Below are positions 1 through 9,200 of a stretch of 64,000 nucleotides of DNA, piece after piece (position 1 is the first letter of the stretch; the number at the start of each line of letters is the position of its first letter). The stretch is from contig DATKZS010000109.1 of NCBI GenBank assembly GCA_035527835.1, positions 819-64,818 of the forward strand, read 5' to 3'. Source of the DNA: a bacterium (lineage in GTDB: Bacteria > RBG-13-61-14 > DATKZS01). The notes beneath the pieces are model-generated. The model made no database searches. It was not told the DNA's origin and worked only from the letters and a program-made list of their open reading frames with translations. The translations under genes were made by a program, and so were the position numbers.

Positions 1-42
1 AAAGGTGGTTGGTGGTACTTAATCATAATCTGTTAAGATTCC

Positions 43-1179
43 TTAGGCAATCGCATCGTTTATTCCCCACTTCGGCGGATACCAATAATTGATTTTATTT
101 AGTTTGGGTTTGAAAATCTGCTTAATCCTTTTCCTCTTGTTGTTACCTTGAATATCCGGATGAGCAATCCTCGCATATTTAGATATTTCGCAAAAAAGAT
201 TCTGGCAATCAACAAGCTTAAGTCTTCTGCCCCAGATAGTCTTAAATTGTATATCGAGCATATTGAAAAATTCATCCTGTCTTTCTGTAACCATCCTTAT
301 GAGATCCATCTCGTTAATTCCACCTAGATCGGAGAAGCACTTTCTAATCCCATCAATAGCTCCCGGCCCAGGGATAACAAATTGCATTTCAGAGAAGTTT
401 AAGACCTTACTGTAGTTAATATCGGTAACTAACTGAAAGGCCAGGAAGTCTCCTATTAGAGGATAAAATTTCAGTAGCTCAAAGGCATGCTCCATGCTTT
501 CAGACTCTGATAATTTTAAGGGAAGATCGTCCTCAATCATCATTTCAATTAATCTTAATATGTTTCTATGTTTCCTTTTAAGACGTAACCCTTTCGCCCT
601 TGAGGGCATGATATAAGCGGCAGAGAAAATTGGGGATCCTGAACGCATCGCTTTCATTAATATCGAATCAAAGCATTTATATGAATAATCAGCATAATTA
701 ATTGTTCCAACTTCCTTGCTTATTATTTCCCATGTCTCGATCTTGTTGAATAGCCTAAAAAGCAATATTCGAAACACGGTATCACTATTAGACCAATCTC
801 CATTATAAATTACATTTCTTATCATATACTGGCTCACGCGGTCAGATGCCCGATATGCATTTGTAAACTTGTATTTCTGTAGAATTTTATCTTCTGTCCA
901 TGGGGGCCTTTCGTTTGAAAGTCTTCTGAAAAATATATTTTGTCTTTCAGCCGCAAACCTCCAAAAAGTCTCAAACACTTTTGTCGGCTTTGCTGGAAAT
1001 AAGCGGGAATAAAGATCGGCATTGTTCAGTTGTTTACCATAATGCTCCTTTTCTTCAAATGCCTCAAACGATCTCTGCAATGGAGTTTCAAAGGCATTAC
1101 TATTATTAATAAGAGATGATTCGGATTTTATCCCCCCTTTTTTCATGTCTTTTCCGCTTCTTTGTTCTCTTTGTTCCAA
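43..1179 (-). CDS. hypothetical protein (378 aa) in low-GC island; possibly nucleotide/DNA-modification related
   Basis: Long ORF in a region of clearly lower GC than the rest of the window, with an AT-rich, Lys/Asn/Ile-rich composition. Its 3' end overlaps the next ORF's 5' end by 37 nt. I could not assign any family with confidence. Confidence 0.5.
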   Translation of the reverse strand: MEQREQRSGKDMKKGGIKSESSLINNSNAFETPLQRSFEAFEEKEHYGKQLNNADLYSRLFPAKPTKVFETFWRFAAERQNIFFRRLSNERPPWTEDKILQKYKFTNAYRASDRVSQYMIRNVIYNGDWSNSDTVFRILLFRLFNKIETWEIISKEVGTINYADYSYKCFDSILMKAMRSGSPIFSAAYIMPSRAKGLRLKRKHRNILRLIEMMIEDDLPLKLSESESMEHAFELLKFYPLIGDFLAFQLVTDINYSKVLNFSEMQFVIPGPGAIDGIRKCFSDLGGINEMDLIRMVTERQDEFFNMLDIQFKTIWGRRLKLVDCQNLFCEISKYARIAHPDIQGNNKRKRIKQIFKPKLNKINYWYPPKWGINDAIA

Positions 1180-1547
1180 TCAGGAATTGTCTCCTTAAGC
1201 TTACTAATGAATTCTGAAGCATCTTTCTTTTTGACCTTGCCTGGAGCCGCAACTGTTGCTATGCAATGCACAGTTGTGAGCTGCAATCCCATTTCATGCG
1301 CCATGAACTGTCCCAATTGATAAAGGCCGAGATAATTTCCATATGCCCTTTCAAAGATGTGTTGCTTCGCGTAAAGTCCGATCACGATAAGATCGTTCTC
1401 CTCAGGAGAAAACAAGACATGCTGAAGGCAAGGAAAGCCCCTTCGCCTTTGATGAGAATGATCCAAGGCCGGGTCAAATATCGCTGCCTGAAGCGCGCTT
1501 CGGCGATGGTTATCTTTGTCTACAAAGGTTTCTATTATATGATCCAA
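1143..1547 (-). CDS. nucleoside 2-deoxyribosyltransferase-like (NDT/DNPH1-fold) protein, 134 aa
   Basis: The segment NDLIVIGLYA...AHEMGLQ...APGKV resembles the NDT core NDIMLGVYI...GMELGYA...GK with its catalytic Glu. The gene lies in the same low-GC island and is co-oriented with the 378-aa ORF. Confidence 0.4.
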   Translation of the reverse strand: MDHIIETFVDKDNHRRSALQAAIFDPALDHSHQRRRGFPCLQHVLFSPEENDLIVIGLYAKQHIFERAYGNYLGLYQLGQFMAHEMGLQLTTVHCIATVAAPGKVKKKDASEFISKLKETIPDWNKENKEAEKT

Positions 1548-1586
1548 TTGATTAATTGGATGATCCTTTGAGCTATGAGCGGGGCA

Positions 1587-1803
1587 GGGGGTCAGACCCT
1601 GACTTGTTAGTTTAATTGCTGCCTCCCGCTCCCGATAAAAGCCGTTCCCTGCCGCCTCGCCTCGAAGGCGCGCCGGCGCTTTGGATTGGGGCGGGGGGTC
1701 AGACCCTGACTTGCTGACTTGTTAGTTTAATTGCTGCCTCCCGCTCCCAATGAAAGCTGTTCCCTGCCGCCTCGCCTCGAAGGCGCGCCGGCGCTTTGGA
1801 TTG
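1587..1803. repeat. tandem direct repeat, 2 copies of about 102-111 bp
   Basis: Copy 1 runs about 1587-1688 and copy 2 about 1693-1803. They are nearly identical, differing by an 8-nt insertion (cttgctga) and a few substitutions. Each copy begins with a hairpin-capable GGGGTCAGACCCTGAC. Confidence 0.85.
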
Positions 1804-1976
1804 CGCAAGCTTGCTTGCGCTTTGGTTCCGGGAGCTTGCTCCCGGATGGATTGAAAAGCTTGTTCCGGGGACCGGCAAGCAAGCTTGCCGATCTAAAGCG
1901 GATGATCCGCCTCAGGCGGCGGCAAGCCGCTTGCAGCGGCGCAACCGCGCGCACTCCAAATCGCTCCCCGCCGAAA

Positions 1977-2290
1977 TTTCAAACCACAAACCTCAAACCC
2001 CAAACCTCAAACCTCTTCTCCCCTTGGTGTCTTGGTGGTTTTCTTTCTCTTCTCTCTTCTTCCCCTCTTCTCAATTACCTTCATACCCTTGGTGTCTTGG
2101 TGGTTCTCTTCTTCTTCTCTTCTCTTCTCCCCTCTTCCCCGCCCTTATACCAACATCCATTGCAAACGCAAGCAGATATTATCGGTAAAATTTACCTGTC
2201 GGGGTGCGACGTTTTTACATATTATAGGGGGGCAATTCGGGGTTTGAGGTTTGGGGTTTGTGGTCTGTGGTTGAACAGGGGAGAGGAGGA
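1977..2290. repeat. inverted pair of heptanucleotide tracts, (CAAACCY)n and its reverse complement (GGGTTTG-like), flanking a CT-rich core plus an AT-rich core
   Basis: Sequence caaacctcaaaccccaaacctcaaacc at 1981-2012 is mirrored by gggtttgaggtttggggtttgtgg at 2239-2262. Between them lie two copies of ccttggtgtcttggtggtt (about 2024 and 2090). Confidence 0.7.
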
Positions 2291-2619
2291 GAAAAAAGTG
2301 TATAGGCACGCTCAACAAGGGCCTCGAAAGCGGTTATTTGGGTGCGACGTTTCGTGGCCTGATTTGTGGGACAGAGTGGCCCGGGTTTCAGGCCGCGGGT
2401 GGCCCGGACGGTGGGACGCGGGAGGCCGGAGATTGGGCCAGCCGTGGTCCAGTTCAGGGTCTTCGCGGCCTGGGCCCTGGGCCTCAAAATTCAGGCCACG
2501 GGCGGCCAACTCCCGGATTTCTTTGGACCCCGGGTCTAAAACGGGGGAAAATTTTCCGGGAAACGGCCTCTGCGGCCTAAATTTGACGACAGTGGTCAAG
2601 GCCCAAATTTTTTTCTTCC

Positions 2620-2850
2620 ATTTGCTTCCCCGTGTTCCCCGTTCCTCGTTCCGAGTTCCCCTCTCCCCGTTCCCCGCTCGTCGCCCCTCGCTCCCCGCTC
2701 CTCGCTCCTGGCTTCCTGCTTCTTGCCCCTGGCTTCTTGCTTCTGGATTCTTGCTTCTGGCTTCTGGATTCTTGCTTCTTGCTTCTGGATTCTTGCTTCT
2801 GGCCCCTGGCTGCTGGCTACTGGCTACGGGCTTCTATCGGCTTCGCGGAT
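2620..2850. repeat. long degenerate heptanucleotide tandem tract (CGTTCCC / CGCTCCT / TGCTTCT / GGATTCT units)
   Basis: Period-7 units can be read across about 230 bp. The region is non-coding, and the overlapping ORFs 1731..2873 and 2632..2913 are low-complexity artefacts. Confidence 0.7.
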
Positions 2851-2888
2851 TTGCTCAGCGGCGGCCGGCGTGATAATTTTTATAGGTT

Positions 2889-4586
2889 ATGGCGGAGAAC
2901 AAGATGGAGCTGATGAAGATTGCGGACAGCGGGGACCTGGCGGAGGTTCCGTTCGGTCGGGTGTTTTACCGTTTTTGCCGGGAGAAGCGGACCGGTGTTC
3001 TGGATGTTCGGGACAAGCCGGCGGCCGGGGGCGGCAGGATTTTGAAGCGGGTGATGATGGTTGAGGGCTCGCGGTTCGCGGCTCAGGGCGGGAGCGCGAT
3101 GGAGACGCTGCCGCAGATCCTGTTGGACCAGGGCAAGCTGACCCCGGATGGTTTTGAGGCGCTGAAGGCGGAGTTGAAGGGCGATTGGGGGAAGATGGAG
3201 CAGAAGGTGCTGGCGGGCGCGGTGGTGCCGGGGTCGGAGATCCCGGAGCTTCTGGCGCTGCAGGCGGAACTGAAGGTGCGGTCGCTGCTGTGCCTGTTCC
3301 GCGGGCATTACGATTTCAAGCCCCAGCCGGTTTCGCAGGTTATGGGCAAGCACATCCTGATGCCGTTCGGGGTTGAAAAGGCTCTGTTGGAGGGCGCGAT
3401 CGAGCACTACCCGGCGGCGCGGATCAATAAGGAGTTTCCGGGGATCGAGAAGAAGAATTTCCGGCCGGCGGGTGATTTCAAGGAACGGATCGGCGGGTTC
3501 GGGCTGCCGCCGAGCGTTCTGCGGTGGCTGCGGTCGTCGCCGGAGTCGTTTTCGTGGGACGGGTTGTTGCAGGGCGCGCCGGTGGGTGCGGAGCAGGCGG
3601 CGGTGATGCTGCTGGCGCTTTATTTCACCGAGGTGATCGTTCTGGCGCGGGCGGACGATGATTTTCCGGTGGGGCGGGCATATCTGGAGGCGCGGGAGGA
3701 AGCGGTTTCCCGGGCGGAACAGAAAGAGGAGAAGCGGGCGGCCGCCGAGCTCAAGTCCGACGAGACCAAGGCGGAGAAGGAGGAGAAGAAGGCGGAGAAG
3801 TCGGCGGAGCCGAAGCTCCCGATCGAGGAGATGCTGGACAAGGAGATGAGCGACGCGGAGACGCTCAAGGAGATCGAGCGGCTGCTGACGACGGCGCACA
3901 ATACCAAGGGCACGTATTTCGATTTGCTGGGGCTGAAGGAGAGCACCCCGACCTCGAAGATCAAGCAGGTTTATTTCAAGTTCGCCAAGAAGTTCCACCC
4001 GGACGCGAACCCGGAGCTGTTCAAGGGCGAGGTCAAGGATCGGGTGGAGGAGTTGTTCACGAAGCTCTCCGAGGCCTACAACACGCTCGCGGACGGAGAG
4101 TCGCGGCAGCAGTACGCGAACTCGCTGAAGAGCCAGGTCTCGAAGCAGGACATGGAGAAGGGGCAGCGGGCGATCGAGGCGGAGATGGATTTCCAGAAGG
4201 CGGAGGTCCTGCTCAAGCGCTCGGCGTGGGCCGAGGCCGCGGGGCTGTTGGAGCGCGCGGCGCAGCTCCAGGCGGACGAGCCGGAGTACGGGCTGTACCT
4301 GGCGTGGGCGCGCTACAAGCAGAAGGGGCCGTCGGAGGCCGCGCGGGCGCAGAAGGCGATCAAGGCGGCGCTGGACAAGCGGCCCAAGGTGGCGGACGGC
4401 TATTATTACCTGGGCCAGTTGGCCAAGGACGAGGGGAACCTGGACAAGGCCGAGGAATATCTCAGCAAGGCCTCGCAAATGAAGCCGCACGATATTGACA
4501 TCAAGCGCGAGCTCCAGCTCATGCAGCGGCGCCGGGTCAAGGAGGCCACCACCAAAAAGGGCGGGCTGTTCGGGAAGAAGAAGTGA
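2889..4586 (+). CDS. DnaJ (J-domain) protein with DUF4388-like N-terminus and C-terminal TPR repeats
   Basis: J-domain signature YFDLLGL...KKFHPDANPE with the HPD tripeptide is present. The C-terminus has a TPR-like AxxAxxYY..G...G pattern, and there is a charged Lys/Glu-rich linker. Confidence 0.7.
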   Translation: MAENKMELMKIADSGDLAEVPFGRVFYRFCREKRTGVLDVRDKPAAGGGRILKRVMMVEGSRFAAQGGSAMETLPQILLDQGKLTPDGFEALKAELKGDWGKMEQKVLAGAVVPGSEIPELLALQAELKVRSLLCLFRGHYDFKPQPVSQVMGKHILMPFGVEKALLEGAIEHYPAARINKEFPGIEKKNFRPAGDFKERIGGFGLPPSVLRWLRSSPESFSWDGLLQGAPVGAEQAAVMLLALYFTEVIVLARADDDFPVGRAYLEAREEAVSRAEQKEEKRAAAELKSDETKAEKEEKKAEKSAEPKLPIEEMLDKEMSDAETLKEIERLLTTAHNTKGTYFDLLGLKESTPTSKIKQVYFKFAKKFHPDANPELFKGEVKDRVEELFTKLSEAYNTLADGESRQQYANSLKSQVSKQDMEKGQRAIEAEMDFQKAEVLLKRSAWAEAAGLLERAAQLQADEPEYGLYLAWARYKQKGPSEAARAQKAIKAALDKRPKVADGYYYLGQLAKDEGNLDKAEEYLSKASQMKPHDIDIKRELQLMQRRRVKEATTKKGGLFGKKK

Positions 4587-4644
4587 AGAAATTATGAATT
4601 AATAATTAAGAGTTAAAAATGGCCGGATAAATAAACGCGATTTT

Positions 4645-4693
4645 TCATGACTCATCAATTTTTACTTTTTACTTTTTACCTTTTACTTTTGTC
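4645..4693. repeat. heptanucleotide tract (TTTTACY)n abutting the PHP gene start
   Basis: Sequence tttttactttttactttttaccttttacttttg lies immediately before the ATG at 4694. No Shine-Dalgarno is present. Confidence 0.6.
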
Positions 4694-5245
4694 ATGAAGT
4701 GCGCATTACACGTCCATACCAACCTCTCCGACGCGGCCCTCACCCCGGATGAAGTGTTGAAGATTTACGCGGACCTCGGGTTCGGGATGGTGGCCATCAC
4801 GGACCACGAGTTCCTGCTCCGCGACAACTACGTCGCGCTGGTGCAGGGGGCCAGGCACCGCGGGATGGCGGTGGCGGCGGGGGTCGAGGTGGACTGGGAG
4901 CCGTGGAACTACCACCACCTGCTGCGCATCTCCGGCACGCGCGAGACGCTGCACGTGCTGGCGCACCCCGGCGCGTATTACCTGGAAATCGAGGAGGTGA
5001 ACGCGCGGCTCGGGTCAACGCCTTTTGCCGTGGACGCGGTCGAGGTGACGCACCGCGGCTTTTATACTCCGAAATACGACACGGACCTGATCGCCGCGCC
5101 CAGGATCGCCACCGACGACGCGCACGAGCCCCACGAGTGCGGCCGCGCCTGGATCGAAATGGCCGACACCCGCGACCTGGACCGGGCGCTCCGGGCCGTG
5201 AAGGCCGGGGACTTCGAGGTGAGGTTCTTCAGAAATAGTAGATAG
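4694..5245 (+). CDS. PHP-domain metal-dependent phosphoesterase
   Basis: The N-terminal HVHTNLSD motif and the later ITDHE motif are typical of the PHP family. Confidence 0.7.
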   Translation: MKCALHVHTNLSDAALTPDEVLKIYADLGFGMVAITDHEFLLRDNYVALVQGARHRGMAVAAGVEVDWEPWNYHHLLRISGTRETLHVLAHPGAYYLEIEEVNARLGSTPFAVDAVEVTHRGFYTPKYDTDLIAAPRIATDDAHEPHECGRAWIEMADTRDLDRALRAVKAGDFEVRFFRNSR

Positions 5246-5294
5246 TAGCAAGTAGCCGGTAGCCAGGGAAATGCTTCAATCTGTTTGGCTCTCA

Positions 5295-5398
5295 TTCTTC
5301 AGCCCTGAAAGGGCCAAAATAAGATAGCCCAGGGTTGGCCGTCCTCGGCCTACCCTGGGATATCGGAGCCCATAATATCCTTTTCAGCCCTGAAAGGG
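5295..5398. repeat. two copies of a roughly 30-bp direct repeat, each carrying the hairpin AGCCCTGAAAGGGC
   Basis: Sequence tcttcagccctgaaagggccaaaataagat at about 5295 matches ttttcagccctgaaagggcgaaataaaaat at about 5368. Both lie downstream of the PHP gene. Confidence 0.6.
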
Positions 5399-5576
5399 CG
5401 AAATAAAAATGGTCCCTTGCGCGCGTTATTCGCTGAATAATCATCTTTGATTCGGATACACCACAATAGAGAAGAAAGGCAAGGATGAAGTACAGAGGCC
5501 GATGCAATTAGATTTCATCCTTCACCCTTCATACTTTTTTTACTTTCGCCCCGCCATCCACCGGCGGTGACATATC

Positions 5577-6134
5577 ATGGCTGACGAGCCGAACAGCAAC
5601 GAGCTTTTAGCGGTCCGCCCCGCGGTCACGGCGGGCGACGCGGCCCTGCGGCTCCGGCTCCGCTCGCCCTGGCCGCCTTTTTTTAAGATCAAGATGGAAA
5701 AGACGGAACTCGTCTGGCTCCCGCACTACCTGTTCACGCTGCGGCTCGCGCACAAGGGAAACGAGGAAAAGGTGGAGGCGGCGGTGGACGCGGTGGCCGG
5801 CCATTTCGCGCACTGGAAGGCGGACAAGGAAAGGATGGAGAGCGCGGCGGGTCAAGAGTTCGAGATAGGTTTCATGCTCACGCCAGAGGAGGCGAGGGCG
5901 AGGCTCATCGAAGAATACCGCTGGGTCATGATCGCCACCGCGCTCAAAACGCGCAAGCGCTTCGAGATAAAAGACGTGCTCCCAGGCCCCCGCGCCTACT
6001 ACCCCTTCTTCGCCGGCTACTACCGCTCCCGCCACCAATGGCGCTTCGAGGTCCTCGACGCCGTCTCCGGCCTGCGCCAGGGCGGCAAGGTCCGGGAGGC
6101 GCTGTTGATGGGATGGATGGGATGTGGGGATTGA
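5577..6134 (+). CDS. hypothetical protein (185 aa)
   Basis: High-GC ORF with codon usage consistent with the host. No recognisable motifs. An internal Met (MEKTELVW) is an alternative start. Confidence 0.4.
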   Translation: MADEPNSNELLAVRPAVTAGDAALRLRLRSPWPPFFKIKMEKTELVWLPHYLFTLRLAHKGNEEKVEAAVDAVAGHFAHWKADKERMESAAGQEFEIGFMLTPEEARARLIEEYRWVMIATALKTRKRFEIKDVLPGPRAYYPFFAGYYRSRHQWRFEVLDAVSGLRQGGKVREALLMGWMGCGD

Positions 6135-6275
6135 GACTTGAGGCTTCTGGGATGTATTTAGACCCTGAAAGGACGATTATGATCCGATGGCGCGGTGATG
6201 GTAGAATATCGCTAATTTATATCATGCACTTTTCGAGATCTCGCCGGAGCCAGTTCCGGTCAAGAGGAAATCAAC

Positions 6276-9200
6276 ATGGCCGATGAAAAGGCTATACTTG
6301 AAGCGCTGCTGACCTTCGCTGACACCGTAACGGCCAAGATGACCACTCTGACCCCGGGTGAGCCGGAAGATCAATTGCGCGCCCCTTTTGAAACATTTAT
6401 TCTCGAAGTCGGACGTGTCCTTTTCCGTAAAATCATCTGCACAGGAGAAACCAGGCTGCCGGGCCGGATTGGGAAGCCGGATTACGCCGTCCATGCAGAT
6501 GATCTATTAGCCGGCTACGTGGAAATGAAAGCCCCCGGCGTCGGCGCGGACCCCGGCCGCTTCTCCGGCCACAACCGCGATCAATGGAAACGCTTCAAGG
6601 CGATCCCCAATCTCATCTACTGCGATGGAAATGAATGGGGATTGTTCCGCAACGGCGAAAAGATCGGCTCAATCATCCGTCTATCAGGTGACGTGGCCGC
6701 CGACGGCAAGAAGGCCGTGACCTCGGAGAACGCCCGCTCCATAACAAAACTCCTGACCGACTTTCTTTCCTGGAAGCCCATCATTCCCACGACATCAAAG
6801 GGCGAAATAGACTTCAAGGGGTTCGCCGACCTGCTGGCCCCGTTGTGCCGGATGCTGCGCGATGACGTGACCGACGCGCTCAAGGACCCGCAATCGCCCC
6901 TCGTCCAACTGGCCAAAGACTGGCGCCAGCTCCTCTTCCCCGATGCCCCGGATGAGCAGTTCGCCGACGCCTACGCTCAGACCGTTACCTTCGCTCTGCT
7001 GCTGGCCCGCAGCGAGGGCGCCGATCCGCTCACCCTCGACAATGCCGAGAAAGCCTTATCCGCGGAACACGGTCTGCTCTCCCGCGCACTCCAGGTCTTG
7101 ACCGATCCCGGAGCTCAATCTGAGATCTCCGCCTCGCTCAATCTGATCATGCGCGTCGTCGCCGAAGTCCCGCCCCTCTCGCTGTCCGGCCCTCAAGACC
7201 CCTGGCTTTACTTCTATGAATATTTTCTCGCCGCCTACGACCCCAAACTGCGCAAGGACGCCGGGGCCTACTACACTCCAGTCGAGGTCGTCCGCGCCCA
7301 GGTCCGGCTTATTGACGACCTGCTGGTGAACCGGCTGGGCAAGCCGCTGGGCTTCGTTGATTCCGGAGTCGTCACGCTCGACCCCGCCGCCGGCACCGGC
7401 ACCTATCTGCTCGGCGTCATCGGGCACGCCCTCGGCCGGATCGAGGCAGAACAGGGCGCCGGCGCCGTAGCGGGGATGGCCACCGCGCTGGCCGCCAACC
7501 TCTACGGCTTCGAGCTCATGGTCGGACCTTACGCCGTAACCGAATTGCGAGTCAGCCGCGCACTAAAGAACAAAGGCGCCAGCTTGCCCCCTGAAGGCAC
7601 GCGCGTTTATTTGACCGACACGCTGGAAAGCCCAAACGCCAAGCCGTCAGAACTGCCTTTCTACCTCAAGCCCATCGCAGAGCAGCACGCCAAGGCGCTC
7701 AAAGTCAAGATCAATGTCCCGGTCATCGTCTGCCTGGGCAATCCGCCCTACGACCGCCATGAAGCCGCCACCGCCGAAAACCAGGCCCGCACCGGGGGGT
7801 GGGTCCGATGGGGAGACGACGGCAAGGGTTATCGCCTGAAGGATGACAGGGAAAAAGATGATGAATTTGAAGACGCTATCTTCCATGACTTTCTCGAATC
7901 CGCCAAAGTGGCAGGCCACGGCGTCCACGTTAAAAACCTCTACAACCTCTATGTCTATTTTTGGCGATGGGCACTATGGAAGGTTTTCGAGCACTCAACA
8001 GCATCCGGGCCGGGCGTCGTCAGCTTTATCAGCGCTTCAAGCTACCTCGACGGCGACGCCTTCTGCGGGATGCGCGAATACCTGCGCCGCGTCTGCGATG
8101 AAATCTGGATACTAGACCTCGGCGGCGAAGGGCGCGGCACGCGCAAGAGTGATAACGTATTCGCCATCCAAACGCCCGTCGCCATCGGCATCGCCGTCCG
8201 CTCGGGCAAGGCTAAAAAGGAAAAGCCCGCCAAGGTCCATTACTCCAGCATTGAAGGCGCACGAGATGATAAGCTCGCGAAGCTGGACGCCATTAAAGAC
8301 TTCAAGAGCTTGAAGTGGCTGGACTGCCCCGAAGGTTGGCAGACCCCTTTCCGCCCGGCGGGCAAAGGCAAATATTTCGAATGGCCGCTCCTGACCGATC
8401 TCATGCCGTGGCAACATTCGGGAGCTCAGTTAAAGCGAACCTGGCCTATTTCTCATGAGCAGGAGACGCTTAAGAAAAGATGGCGGGCGCTTCTTGGTTC
8501 AAAGGATATGAAACAAGCTTTTCGCGAAACCAGGGACCGAAAAGTCGTATCTCCTTGTCCCCAGGCACCGCCCAATGGCAATGGTGAAAAAGCATTGAAG
8601 TCCTTGCCCCAAGACTCAGAAGCGCCTCCCATTGTGCGTTATGCTTATCGCTCATTCGATCGCCAATGGGTCTTTGCCGACAACCGTTTAGGGGATTTCC
8701 TGCGCCCGGTACTGTGGGGGATACATGGCGAACGGCAGGTGTATCTGACAAGCCTGTTGACTAAATTCCTCGGTGCAGGTCCGGCGCTCACGACTTGCGC
8801 AGCTATTCCCGACTTGGACCATTTCTCGGCACGCGGGGCTAAGGATGTCGTCCCTCTCTACCGCACCGCAGACGCATCCGAGGCGAATGTCCTGCCCGGC
8901 CTGCTCGATCTGCTGGGCAAAGCGTACAGGCGCGTGGTGAAGCCGGAAGACTTCCTGGCCTACATCTATGGCGCGTTGGCGCAGCCGGCCTTCACTGGAC
9001 GTTTTCGAAACGAATTGGAAACGCGCGAGCTGCGCGTGCCGGTCACGAAGAATGCCGCGCTTTTCGAGAAGGTGCGCGACATCGGCTCGCGATTACTGTG
9101 GCTGCACACCTATGGCGAGCGGTTTGTGCCGAAGGGTGAAAAGCGCGGCCAGGTCCCGCGCGGCTCTGCTAAGTGCACCAAGGCCGTACCTGGCGGTCAG

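Noticed and set aside
1731-2873. 380-aa plus-strand ORF across the repeat block (and overlapping 1796..2188, 2632..2913, 2723..3064)
   Set aside because: The translation is driven entirely by heptamer and CT-rich repeats (LLASGFLLLASGF...). There is no start context and no domain.
2880-4490. 536-aa minus-strand ORF antisense to the DnaJ gene
   Set aside because: It is an Arg/Leu/Pro-rich low-complexity translation typical of antisense frames in high-GC DNA. The plus-strand frame carries the J-domain HPD and TPR motifs.
6135-6275. Possible sigma70 promoter (TTGAGA ... TATTTAG) upstream of the RM gene
   Set aside because: It sits about 130 bp from the start codon, with a poor -10 element. I could not distinguish it from chance AT-rich sequence.
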